Assembly: GCA_004297205.1 (NCBI GenBank)
Contig: SCUL01000002.1
Location: forward strand, 594,893 to 658,892
Length of the DNA stretch: 64,000 bases
Direction of reading: 5' to 3'
Origin: Patescibacteria group bacterium
GTDB lineage: Bacteria; Patescibacteriota; Patescibacteriia; 2-12-FULL-57-11
The position numbers and the translations under genes are program-made. Numbering within the stretch: the stretch's first letter is position 1; every line of letters starts with the position of its first letter. Below are positions 46,022-54,945 of the stretch, piece by piece. The notes below the pieces were generated by a model. It ran no database searches. It was not told the origin of the DNA and saw nothing but the letters and a program-made list of their open reading frames with translations.

Positions 46022-46588
46022 TCATCGCAGGGCGATGAGCAGGATGAGGATCGCGGCGAGCGCGCCGGGCAGCGCGGCCACGGTGTCGTCGATCATGACG
46101 CCGAAGGCCGTGCCTTTGAAGCGCGTTTCGACCTGGCGGACCGGCCAGATCTTCGTGGTGTCGAAGATGCGGAAGACCACGAAGGCGATGAGCAGCGCGG
46201 TCACGCGGTGACCCGGCGGCGCGTCGACGAGCCAGACCGGGAGTCCGGCCAGGAACTGGCCGTGGAATTCGTCGATGTTGGTCTCGTTGAAGTCCGACGT
46301 CACCGTCTCGCCGGTGTGCCGCTTGCGGGGACCCCAGCGCGCGACCATGAAGCGTTCGGCCGGACCGACGGCCAGAACGCCGACGAGGAAGCTGCCGACC
46401 GTGATCGCCGCGGGGATGGCCCACGAGGCATCGAGCAGGGCGCACTGCAGGCCGAGCGCCACGAGCGCGCCGGCGGTGCCACCGGCCTTGCCGGGCCGGT
46501 GGGCGATCTTGCCCGGCAGGAAGCCGGAGAACAGCGTGCTGGAGACGCAGAGTGCGAGCCAGCGGAGCGTGATGTGGAGCCGATGCAT
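46022..46588 (-). CDS. pgpA: Phosphatidylglycerophosphatase A
   Basis: GTAGAL, IDEFHGQ, FRIFDTTKIWPV, GVMIDD. Confidence 0.85.
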   Translation of the reverse strand: MHRLHITLRWLALCVSSTLFSGFLPGKIAHRPGKAGGTAGALVALGLQCALLDASWAIPAAITVGSFLVGVLAVGPAERFMVARWGPRKRHTGETVTSDFNETNIDEFHGQFLAGLPVWLVDAPPGHRVTALLIAFVVFRIFDTTKIWPVRQVETRFKGTAFGVMIDDTVAALPGALAAILILLIALR

Positions 46589-46662
46589 GGTTCCTCCGTG
46601 GCGCCGAATCTACTGCGTCTTCAGAGGATGGTCAATGGTTTCGGAAAAAAAGACCGCGGTCG

Positions 46663-47445
46663 TTACCGCGGAGCCGCATCGAGCAGCGCGTCCATGCGCC
46701 GCCATTCGTTCGTCAGCCACTGCGGATCGGCGGCGACCGTCGCGGCGTCGATCTGCTCCACCTCCACGAGTACCTGGTCGCGGAAGTAGTCCGCGCTCTG
46801 GAACATCGTCTTGCCGGACGATCCCTTGCGGCGGATGAGGAGCCGGAGCACCGGGTAGTCGGGAAGCGCCGTCCGCAGGGCCTCGAATCCGCCGCGCTTT
46901 GGCGGGCCGAGGTTCCGGAATCCGCCCGTGCCGAGAGGCTGCCGCGTGCCTTCCACGAAGATGAAGGGCGAGGCGCCGTCCGCTGCCGCGCGTGCCGCCC
47001 CGGCACGGATGTCGTCGAGGTCGCGCGGATCGCGGTTGCGGCGGACGTAGATGCCGCCGGAGACGGTGCACATCCAGCCGATGAGCGGGTACCCCGCGAC
47101 CGCCTGCTTCGCCACCCAGCGCAGGTTGCGGATGCCGTGGCGGCGCAGGGCGTAGAGCGCAAAGAAGACGTCGAGCGTGGAGCGGTGGTTGGCAATGACG
47201 ATCGAGGGCCGCGCGTCTCCGGCCGGCGGCGCCACGTCCACGCGCATCTCGAGCCAGCGGCAGACGAAGAGGAGGAGCGTCTCCGCCCAGGCGTTGGTCG
47301 CCTCGGCCACCGCGGTGCGCCGTGCGGCGTCGTCGGCCCGCAACCGACGGAGCCGGAGAAGTATGTCGAGGAACGCAACGCCGATCAGGAGCATGCTGCC
47401 CGTGAAGGCGACGGAGAAGCCCAGGAACTTTCGGACGTTCGCCAT
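46663..47445 (-). CDS. 1-acyl-sn-glycerol-3-phosphate acyltransferase family
   Basis: NHRSTLD (HX4D), FIFVEGTR, PKRGGF. Confidence 0.85.
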   Translation of the reverse strand: MANVRKFLGFSVAFTGSMLLIGVAFLDILLRLRRLRADDAARRTAVAEATNAWAETLLLFVCRWLEMRVDVAPPAGDARPSIVIANHRSTLDVFFALYALRRHGIRNLRWVAKQAVAGYPLIGWMCTVSGGIYVRRNRDPRDLDDIRAGAARAAADGASPFIFVEGTRQPLGTGGFRNLGPPKRGGFEALRTALPDYPVLRLLIRRKGSSGKTMFQSADYFRDQVLVEVEQIDAATVAADPQWLTNEWRRMDALLDAAPR

Positions 47446-47516
47446 GTCTGTCTCCCGCCCCTGAATACCAAAAGCCGCCGCTGCACGTCAATGCACGGCG
47501 GCCCCGGAGGTCGACG

Positions 47517-47687
47517 CTAGCGCTTCATCCAGCCGAACGCGATGAGCGCCGCCGCGACCAGGTTCAGGACGGCGTGTCCCGTCATCTGGTCCGCCGGCAG
47601 GCCGGCGACGAGCATGTAGACGTGCGTGGCGAGGACGATGGCCAGGCCGATGTAGTACGACCAGAGGGCGAGATTCTTGGCGTTCAT
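47517..47687 (-). CDS. Small two-TM membrane protein (56 aa)
   Basis: Manual translation MNAKNLALWSYYIGLAIVLATHVYMLVAG...AFGWMKR*. Confidence 0.6.
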   Translation of the reverse strand: MNAKNLALWSYYIGLAIVLATHVYMLVAGLPADQMTGHAVLNLVAAALIAFGWMKR

Positions 47688-47696
47688 GGGAAACGA

Positions 47697-47939
47697 TTAT
47701 GCCCGCTTGAAGAGCGAGACGACGAACAGCAGGAGCAGCGCGCCGATGACCGACATGACGATGTCGCCGAGCAGGCCGTAGGACGCGATACCGACGACCT
47801 GGAAGACGAAGCCGCCGACCACGGCGCCGACGATGCCAACCACGATGTTGCCGAGGACGCCGAAACCCCGGCCTTTGGCGATCATGCCGGCAATCCAGCC
47901 GGCGAGCGCGCCGATGATGAGAAACCACAGAAGGCTCAT
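47697..47939 (-). CDS. GlsB/YeaQ/YmgE transglycosylase-associated membrane protein
   Basis: LIIGALAGWIAG...GNIVVGIVGAVVGG...VIGALLLL. Confidence 0.88.
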   Translation of the reverse strand: MSLLWFLIIGALAGWIAGMIAKGRGFGVLGNIVVGIVGAVVGGFVFQVVGIASYGLLGDIVMSVIGALLLLFVVSLFKRA

Positions 47940-47986
47940 ATGGTGTGGATTATGGAGTGATCTCTCCGAGTATACCCCATCTTCGC

Positions 47987-49267
47987 CTATTTTTTCTTGA
48001 AGAGAATGGCGTTCGGGACGTGCCGCCCCGGGCCGGCCTTGTATCCGTTGTCGTACCACAGTGCGGCGCTGCCGCCGCCGTCCAGGTTGAGCGCATTCGT
48101 TGCGCCGAGCTCCTGCATGACGGAGGCCAGGTCCGTGACGGTGGCCTGGTGCGCCACGACGAGGAAGAAGGAGCGGTCGTTCATGCCGATGGCGGCACGC
48201 ACGCCGCTGACCGTCGGGTTGGTTTCGCTCAACCGCTCTTCGCTCTCCACGACGATCACGCCGTCTTCGACGAGCGAGGGATAGTTGGCGAGCGCCGCCG
48301 CGAGTCGCGCCCCGTGCGCGGCCTCGAAGGCCGAGACCGAGCTGCCGAAATCGGCGGTGCGGTGGAAGAAGAAGGTGCGGCCGTCCTCCGCGGCGGCGAG
48401 CATCGGGCCTTTGTGGACGACGAGGCTCGAAGCGTTGCGCATCACCCGGGCGGCGCTGTTGAAGACCGGCGAGAGGAAGGTGTTGCTCTTGCCGGCGCAG
48501 TCCGGATATTCGGCCGGGCAGAAATAGGTGCCGTTGATGCCGACGGTTGCGCCGTTGTCCGTTGCATAGTCGGCAAGCAGGCGTACGGCGCAGCCGTTGT
48601 TGCATTCCGACGTGTCGGCCGTGTCGGTGATCATGGCGAAGCGGCTTTTTTGCAGCGTGACCACCTCAACGTCGAAGCTGCCGCGCGCCGTTGCCACCGT
48701 CCGTGAGGCGAAGGTGCTCTCCAGGGTGGCCTCGATGGTCGGCGCGGCCGCGAGTTCGGCGGCCCGGTCGTAGTCCGCCGCGGCCGTGATGTCGGCCCCG
48801 AAGCGGTAGTTCGAGAAAAGAACGTCGGCGATGTCTTTGACTTGGCTGCTCCAGCCGGATCCGAACGAGGCCGCCGCCAATGCTTCGCTCGTCATCCAGC
48901 GCAGTTCGCCGCCGCCCGCGACCGCATAGACCTTGCTGACGCTTTCGAATTTCACGAGCGTCGTGCCCGGGCGGTAGGTGACGTTGTCGCCGAGCGGGAT
49001 CGCCGCGAGCGCGGCCGCGGTCACGATTTGGATGTTCAAGAAATCCGGATACCAGCTGAAGTAGACCGTGTCGCTCGGGAAGGCATGGCGTCGTCCGTCG
49101 CCGCCGACGTAGTAGACGGATTTGCAGACATGCGTCGGACCGGCGCCGGTCGGACAGGCAAGTTTGACGCGCTGTCCCGTTGCGACGGCCGCATCCGCTC
49201 CCGTGGGAAAAAGGACGAGCGCGATCGCGACGCCGACGAGCCACAGAGGGAGGTGAACTCGGTCCAT
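47987..49267 (-). CDS. Secreted phosphodiester glycosidase (NAGPA-like) with N-terminal shared surface domain
   Basis: GINGTYF, RAAIG, ALNLDGGGS, RHVPNAI; N-terminal RRHAFPSDTVYFSWY...NVTYRPG domain. Confidence 0.85.
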   Translation of the reverse strand: MDRVHLPLWLVGVAIALVLFPTGADAAVATGQRVKLACPTGAGPTHVCKSVYYVGGDGRRHAFPSDTVYFSWYPDFLNIQIVTAAALAAIPLGDNVTYRPGTTLVKFESVSKVYAVAGGGELRWMTSEALAAASFGSGWSSQVKDIADVLFSNYRFGADITAAADYDRAAELAAAPTIEATLESTFASRTVATARGSFDVEVVTLQKSRFAMITDTADTSECNNGCAVRLLADYATDNGATVGINGTYFCPAEYPDCAGKSNTFLSPVFNSAARVMRNASSLVVHKGPMLAAAEDGRTFFFHRTADFGSSVSAFEAAHGARLAAALANYPSLVEDGVIVVESEERLSETNPTVSGVRAAIGMNDRSFFLVVAHQATVTDLASVMQELGATNALNLDGGGSAALWYDNGYKAGPGRHVPNAILFKKK

Positions 49268-49319
49268 GGGCCTATGGTACACTGTTCATGATCCCCTTTC
49301 ACGCTTTCCGCGGACATCT

Positions 49320-50330
49320 ATGCGCACGCCGTTCATCAGGGAACGCGACGGATTCCAGATGCTTGTCATCGTCCTGTTTCTCGCATTTTTGGCGGCCGTG
49401 GGCGGCGGCGTTTTTCTCTCGTTGCGCACGCCGCCGGGACAAGCACCCGCCCGTTGCACGCAGGAAGCCAAGCTTTGTCCGGACGGCAGCGCCGTTGGGC
49501 GGACGGGTCCGAACTGCGCATTCGCGCCGTGTCCGCCGACGGCCACCACCACGCCGCCGGGACCGGAACCCGTGTACTGCACGCTCGAAGCGAAACAGTG
49601 CCCGGACGGGAGCTACGTCGGCCGCGTGCCTCCGAGCTGCGAGTTTGCGCCGTGTCCGCTCACGGTCAACGGCAACGTGCCCCCGGCGGCCTGCAAAAAC
49701 CAGTGCGGCAACGGGCAGTGCGAGGAGATCGTCTGCCTGGCGGTCGGCTGTCCGTGCGCCGAGACGCCCGCATCCTGTCCGCAGGACTGCGCGCAACCGC
49801 AACCGCGGGAGTGCCGCTCCTATGCGAGTTGTCAGGACGGCCAGGCTTGTCCGGCAGGGACCGAATGCAGCGGACTGCCCGCCTATGGGTGCTATCCGCC
49901 CGGCTGCCCGACGCCGATCTGCTTGGCGGCCGCGACGAACATCGCCACGCCCTCCGGTCAGGTGAACGTCCAGAAGCTGATGGTCGGCACGAAGGTCTGG
50001 TCGCTCGATGCGCAGGGGAAGAAAATCGTGAGCACCATCGTTCGTGTCGGACGGACGCCGGCGCCAAAAAACCACCGCGTCGTCCGCCTGATGCTGTCTG
50101 ACGGGCGTGAGGTCCGGGTGTCGCCCGACCACCCCACCGCGAACGGACAGCCCGTCTCGAAGCTGCAGGTCGGCGCATTCTATGACGGCGCCCGCGTGAC
50201 CTCGGCCGATCTCGTTCCCTACGGCGAAGCGGCGACCTACGATCTGCTGCCCGACAGCGCCTCAGGAGCCTACTGGGCCGACGGCATTCTTCTGGGCAGT
50301 ACGCTTTCCGCGTCCTCCATTGGCCAATAA
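49320..50330 (+). CDS. Membrane-anchored Cys-rich surface protein with C-terminal Hint (intein-like) domain
   Basis: TM helix; two CTxEAKxCPDGSxVGR..P.C.FAPCP repeats; Hint block A CLAAATNIATPSG, block B SPDH, block F TYDL, block G YWADGILL. Confidence 0.8.
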   Translation: MRTPFIRERDGFQMLVIVLFLAFLAAVGGGVFLSLRTPPGQAPARCTQEAKLCPDGSAVGRTGPNCAFAPCPPTATTTPPGPEPVYCTLEAKQCPDGSYVGRVPPSCEFAPCPLTVNGNVPPAACKNQCGNGQCEEIVCLAVGCPCAETPASCPQDCAQPQPRECRSYASCQDGQACPAGTECSGLPAYGCYPPGCPTPICLAAATNIATPSGQVNVQKLMVGTKVWSLDAQGKKIVSTIVRVGRTPAPKNHRVVRLMLSDGREVRVSPDHPTANGQPVSKLQVGAFYDGARVTSADLVPYGEAATYDLLPDSASGAYWADGILLGSTLSASSIGQ

Positions 50331-50349
50331 TCACTGACCCGCTCATCTT

Positions 50350-50787
50350 ATGGACACCGCTCCGTCCGGTACGCCGGAGAGGCCGCAAACGCCGCCCATG
50401 CCGCAAGTCAGCGGCTCGCTCAAGCAGGAACAGCTGCAGACGAACCGCATCAAGCCGTTGTACCGGGGAACGCAGATCATCTGGTACGTCGTCGCCGTCA
50501 TCGAGATCCTGCTGGCATTCCGGTTCGTGCTCAAGCTGTTCGCCGCCAATCCGGAGGCTGGCTTCACGCGCTTCATCGACGGCGCCACCTGGCTGTTCGC
50601 CGGACCCTTCATGATTCTGTTCCGGGTCACGCCCGTCGTCGCCGGCAGCGTCTTTGAATGGTCGACGCTCTTTGCGATGTTCGTCTACCTCGTCGCCGGC
50701 TGGCTGATCGTTAAAGCGCTGGTCATGATGAAGCCGGTTTCGACCAAGGAGGCCGACACGAAGCTGCCGGAGCAGGAGAAGCTCTGA
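50350..50787 (+). CDS. YggT-like membrane protein
   Basis: EILLAFRFVLKLFAANP..GF..FI...T...PF. Confidence 0.7.
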   Translation: MDTAPSGTPERPQTPPMPQVSGSLKQEQLQTNRIKPLYRGTQIIWYVVAVIEILLAFRFVLKLFAANPEAGFTRFIDGATWLFAGPFMILFRVTPVVAGSVFEWSTLFAMFVYLVAGWLIVKALVMMKPVSTKEADTKLPEQEKL

Positions 50788-50792
50788 CGGCC

Positions 50793-51338
50793 ATGGCAAA
50801 GGATACGGCGACTGCGGTCTTCGGCGGCGGGTGCTTCTGGTGCACGGAAGCGATCTTCAACGAACTGCGCGGCGTCACGTCCGTCATCTCCGGTTATGCC
50901 GGAGGAAAGAAAGATGATCCCACCTACGATCAGGTGAGCATGGGGAACACCGGACACGCCGAGGTGGTGCAGGTGGCGTTTGATCCGGCTGTGATTTCCT
51001 ACGACACGCTGCTCGAGGTGTTCTTTGCGACGCACGACCCGACGACCATGAACCGCCAAGGCGGGGATGTCGGCACGCAGTACCGTTCCGTGATTTTTAC
51101 GACGAACGACGCGCAGGCCGCCGCGGCGCGTGCCTATATCGCGAAGCTCGAAGCGGGGGAGCATGCCGGGAAGAACATCGTGACTGAGATTTTACCGCTC
51201 GTTCGTTTCTCCACGGCCGAGGAATATCACCAGAAATATTTCGAGAAGAACGCCGACAGCAACCCGTACTGCTCGGTGGTCATCGTGCCGAAGCTCAAGA
51301 AGCTGCGGGAGAAGTTTGCGCCGTTGCTGAAGGGCTGA
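50793..51338 (+). CDS. msrA: Peptide-methionine (S)-S-oxide reductase
   Basis: GGGCFWCTE, GHAEVV, HDPT, QYRS, AEEYHQ. Confidence 0.95.
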   Translation: MAKDTATAVFGGGCFWCTEAIFNELRGVTSVISGYAGGKKDDPTYDQVSMGNTGHAEVVQVAFDPAVISYDTLLEVFFATHDPTTMNRQGGDVGTQYRSVIFTTNDAQAAAARAYIAKLEAGEHAGKNIVTEILPLVRFSTAEEYHQKYFEKNADSNPYCSVVIVPKLKKLREKFAPLLKG

Positions 51339-51435
51339 GCGAACACCCGGGCGCCCCCCACGGGCGCCATTGACGTTCCGCGGTTTTTCGACTACGGTCT
51401 GCGCGCCACACCAACTAAGAGAAAGGGGTGGTGAC

Positions 51436-52011
51436 ATGCGGACGTTCCTTGCAATCGTCGGAGCAGCCGTCGTGATCGGAGCGATCGCGCTTCCGGCGTC
51501 GGCCCAGCCCGCGTGCTACGCGGTCCTGGACGCATCGCCCGCCAGTCTGGCGGTCGTGCCGGGCTGCGATCTTACACGCAATGGCGCATTCCGGCCGGGC
51601 GTGATCGGCGGAGTCAGCCATCCGTACAACGTCAGGCGGGGATTCGACCTCGACCTGTACGGATCCTTGTCCTGGTACGGGCCGGCGGACTGGCTCGTGA
51701 TCGCCTCCGCCGGTGCGGGCTACGCCCAGCGCGCCAGCGACTGGGCGCCCTCCGTGCGGGCCAGCCTGGCTTTCACCCGCGCGACGCCCGTGGCGCCGTT
51801 CGTGACGGCCTTCGTCATGTACACGCCGGCCTGGCACACGCAGCAGGACGACACCTTCGTCAACATCAAGGGGGGCGTCGCCGTGTTGCTGTCGAACCAC
51901 CTGCGTCTGATCGGCTATCTCGCGACCGCGTTCTCGGCGCGCGCCGGGTGGCTGACGTTCGGGACGGGGGATCACATCGCTCCGGGCGTGTCCCTCATCT
52001 GGTTCTTCTGA
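51436..52011 (+). CDS. Secreted protein with beta-barrel-like alternating strands
   Basis: Signal peptide (ASA/Q), amphipathic strands, C-terminal VSLIWFF. Confidence 0.6.
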   Translation: MRTFLAIVGAAVVIGAIALPASAQPACYAVLDASPASLAVVPGCDLTRNGAFRPGVIGGVSHPYNVRRGFDLDLYGSLSWYGPADWLVIASAGAGYAQRASDWAPSVRASLAFTRATPVAPFVTAFVMYTPAWHTQQDDTFVNIKGGVAVLLSNHLRLIGYLATAFSARAGWLTFGTGDHIAPGVSLIWFF

Positions 52012-52072
52012 CGAAGACCGGACGACGGCCGATCGGGTTGTCTCGCGACAGCCCGATCTTTTTTTGTGTAGT

Positions 52073-52324
52073 ATGGACGGCATGTCCCGCGTCCGCTTCA
52101 TGCCCGACTGGCGCGCCGTGGCCGCCTACCTGCGCGACCCGTCTTCGGATTGGAAACCGAAAGTGTTTGCCGTCTTGGCCATCGCGTACCTGATCTGGCC
52201 GGCGGATCTTGTGCCGGACATCGTCCCGCTGTTGGGCTGGTTCGACGACATCGGTCTCGCCGGCGTGGCGACGTGGTATCTTATGCATGCGGCGGGGCGT
52301 AAGCGTCCGCCCGCGGCGCCGTAA
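52073..52324 (+). CDS. DUF1232/YkvA family membrane protein
   Basis: AYLIWPADLVPDIVPLLGWFDD. Confidence 0.88.
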   Translation: MDGMSRVRFMPDWRAVAAYLRDPSSDWKPKVFAVLAIAYLIWPADLVPDIVPLLGWFDDIGLAGVATWYLMHAAGRKRPPAAP

Positions 52325-52345
52325 GAATTACCGTAACCTTTTCCT

Positions 52346-53221
52346 ATGCGCACTTCCTTTCTCGCCCGTGCGGCCGCCGCCGCTTGGGTGGTCGGTCTGC
52401 TCTTGTCCGCGCCGCCTCCGGCTCTTGCCGGCGATTGTTTTTCGGATCCGGTCTACGAGCGCAACGAGGGCGCCACGGTCACGACCGGTGCGCGCGTCCG
52501 CGACGTGGCCTGCATGGAAGGCTCGGTCGTGAAGACGACGCTCGCGGTCGGCACGCGCGTCACGATCATCGCCGAGACCGACGGCTGGTACAAGGTGCGG
52601 ACGACCGCGGGGCTGGAAGGCTGGGTCGGCCAGTGGCTGCTCTCGGTGGGCGGCGAACCGCCCGCCCTGACGGTTCCTCCGACCTCGCTTGAGGGTTCGG
52701 CAGGGCCCGCCGCCTCCCCGACGGCGACCGCACCGCCGGTCACGAATGTCCAGCCGCTGCCGACGGCCGGGCTGATCCGCGGCGTCTCGACGCGCGCCGT
52801 GTACCTCCTGCACAACGGCAAGCGTTACGCCTTCCCGACGGAACGCGTGTACCTCAGCTGGTACGCCAATTTCAACGCCGTCGTCGTGGTCTCGGACGCG
52901 GATCTGGCCACCGTGCCTTTGGCCGGCAACGTCACCTACCGCCCCGGTATCCGTCTCGTGAAGCTCCAGACCGACAACCGCGTCTTCGCCGTCGGCCGTT
53001 ACGGCGTGCTGCGCCACATCGCCAGCGAAGTGGCGGCGCGTGAACTGTACGGCGATGTTTGGGCGACGTTCGTCGACGACATCCTCGACATCAGCTTCGG
53101 CAATTACCTCGAGGGCGCAGACATCAGCTCTTCGTCAGATTTCGACCGCACCACGGAAAGTGAGATCAATGAACCGGCGGAAAACATCCGACCGGAGGGC
53201 TTCGACGACACCTCGATGTAA
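52346..53221 (+). CDS. Secreted SH3-domain protein with shared surface domain
   Basis: GTRVTIIAETDGWYKV...GWV (SH3b), Pro/Thr linker, KRYAFPTERVYLSWY...NVTYRPG domain. Confidence 0.8.
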   Translation: MRTSFLARAAAAAWVVGLLLSAPPPALAGDCFSDPVYERNEGATVTTGARVRDVACMEGSVVKTTLAVGTRVTIIAETDGWYKVRTTAGLEGWVGQWLLSVGGEPPALTVPPTSLEGSAGPAASPTATAPPVTNVQPLPTAGLIRGVSTRAVYLLHNGKRYAFPTERVYLSWYANFNAVVVVSDADLATVPLAGNVTYRPGIRLVKLQTDNRVFAVGRYGVLRHIASEVAARELYGDVWATFVDDILDISFGNYLEGADISSSSDFDRTTESEINEPAENIRPEGFDDTSM

Positions 53222-53308
53222 CGAGGTTGCGGGAACGAACACAGCCGCCGACGCTTGACGCGCCGGCGGCTTTTTGTTAATCCCTACGATTACGAGAGGG
53301 GTCAACAG

Positions 53309-54211
53309 GTGACAACGTACATCGAACGGTATCGGGAAGTCCGCGCCTTGTTCGTGGGAGGCGACGTCGCATCCGTGGTCGGTCGCGCTCGCGTCGACAT
53401 GGAGGAGGCCTACGCGCATCTGGCGCAGAAGCTGCCGGACAGTCACGTCTGGAAGCAGGGCAAGATGGTGCACGCCCGCACCGCGGCGGGCGAGGTCATT
53501 GCGCTCGCCTCGCGCTTCGGCTTCAACGATGTGGAACGGCAGGCGGTCGCGTTCCTGCTCTACAGCCACGACGTCGGCCGAATGGTGGAGGCGCTCCGCC
53601 AGGTCCAGGGGCAGCCGCGCGCGCTGTGGCATCACGGCCGCGACAGCGTCGAGGTCATCCGCGCCGCGACCGCGGTGCTCCCCGGCACGCGCCCCTGGTT
53701 CGACACGCTGCTCGTCGCGGTCGAACATCATGCCGACCGCACCACGCCGAGCACCAAGGAGTTGGGCGGCGACCGCGCCGCCTGGGCGCTCATGACGCTG
53801 CTGCGCGACCTCGACAAGCGCGTCGGGTTTCAGTCCGCGGAACGCTACACCGCGGACGAGGCGTACAAGGTTGCGCAAGCCAAGGCCAACTGGCCGGAGC
53901 GGCGCGCCGTGGATCCGCTCTGGGGGACGGAGATGGGCCGCATCGACCCGCCGGAGATGGTCGCGGCCTTCCTGCGCGGGGAAGCGCTCGAGCGGTCCCG
54001 CTGCCGGAGTTACGAGGCCTACATGCTCCAGTACCTGGCCTGGCTCTTCGACGTGGTACACCAGGAGGTTCTCGACCTGATCCTGGCCGAAAACGGACCG
54101 ATGATCGTCCGCGACTACCTGACGCGCCAGCTCACGGCGGCCTGTCCCGAGGAGGCGCAACAGATCGCCAACACGGTCTACAGCTTCATCCAAGGCCGGA
54201 TGTCGAAGTGA
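53309..54211 (+). CDS. HD-domain phosphohydrolase
   Basis: H...LLYSHDVGR...HHG...VEHH...LRDLDK; GTG start with SD. Confidence 0.8.
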   Translation: MTTYIERYREVRALFVGGDVASVVGRARVDMEEAYAHLAQKLPDSHVWKQGKMVHARTAAGEVIALASRFGFNDVERQAVAFLLYSHDVGRMVEALRQVQGQPRALWHHGRDSVEVIRAATAVLPGTRPWFDTLLVAVEHHADRTTPSTKELGGDRAAWALMTLLRDLDKRVGFQSAERYTADEAYKVAQAKANWPERRAVDPLWGTEMGRIDPPEMVAAFLRGEALERSRCRSYEAYMLQYLAWLFDVVHQEVLDLILAENGPMIVRDYLTRQLTAACPEEAQQIANTVYSFIQGRMSK

Positions 54212-54312
54212 GATCGGCGAACGCCGTGCACGCCCCGCGTGCACGGCGTCTTTTTTATTCCGCTCGCCTGGCAGATGCGCGGTCTGCGCGTCCTGCGGTA
54301 TGATGGTTGCCT

Positions 54313-54903
54313 ATGACATCGACGTATCACCACATTGCCCAGGCGCGCATCACGCTGCTGACCCTTGGTGAGGCGCCGCATGCCACGCTGCTGACCTCGC
54401 AGGCCACGGCGCTCGATGAATTGCGCGCCGCGGCGCAGGAAACGGAGAAGTTGGCGCGCATCCATCCGGCCACGATGCTCAAGGAGGCGGCGATCGGCGG
54501 CTTCTCCGCATTGTCGCTCTTGTCCGTATTCGTTCTTGGACGGAGTCTGGCCCTGATGTATGCGCAGATCCGCGCCCAGATTTCAGGCATCCAGATTCCC
54601 TTCGTGGATGTCTCCGCGCAGACCAGCCGCATCCTTCCTCCGATGCCGCTGCTTGATCAGATTGCCAAGCTTCCCGAGATGACCTGGGCTCAGGCTATTG
54701 CCGCGTCCGTCGCCGTGGCCGTTGTCATCTTGCTGTACCATATCGTGAAATCGTTTCTGCTGTTGAGGCGGGAGCGGTTGCTCGCGCACAGCGCCAAGGC
54801 GCTCGCCGCCGCCTCCCACGTCATACGTCAGGCGGCCGCCGTCGGCAGTCGGGAAGATGCGCTTGCCCTGCTTGCCAAAGCCATGGAGGACGTCGCGCCC
54901 TGA
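54313..54903 (+). CDS. Hypothetical two-TM membrane protein
   Basis: Two hydrophobic helices; TATGAT 8 nt upstream. Confidence 0.6.
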   Translation: MTSTYHHIAQARITLLTLGEAPHATLLTSQATALDELRAAAQETEKLARIHPATMLKEAAIGGFSALSLLSVFVLGRSLALMYAQIRAQISGIQIPFVDVSAQTSRILPPMPLLDQIAKLPEMTWAQAIAASVAVAVVILLYHIVKSFLLLRRERLLAHSAKALAAASHVIRQAAAVGSREDALALLAKAMEDVAP

Positions 54904-54945
54904 AAACAAAAACGCCCCCGCCGAGGCGGGGGCGTTTTGTATCGC

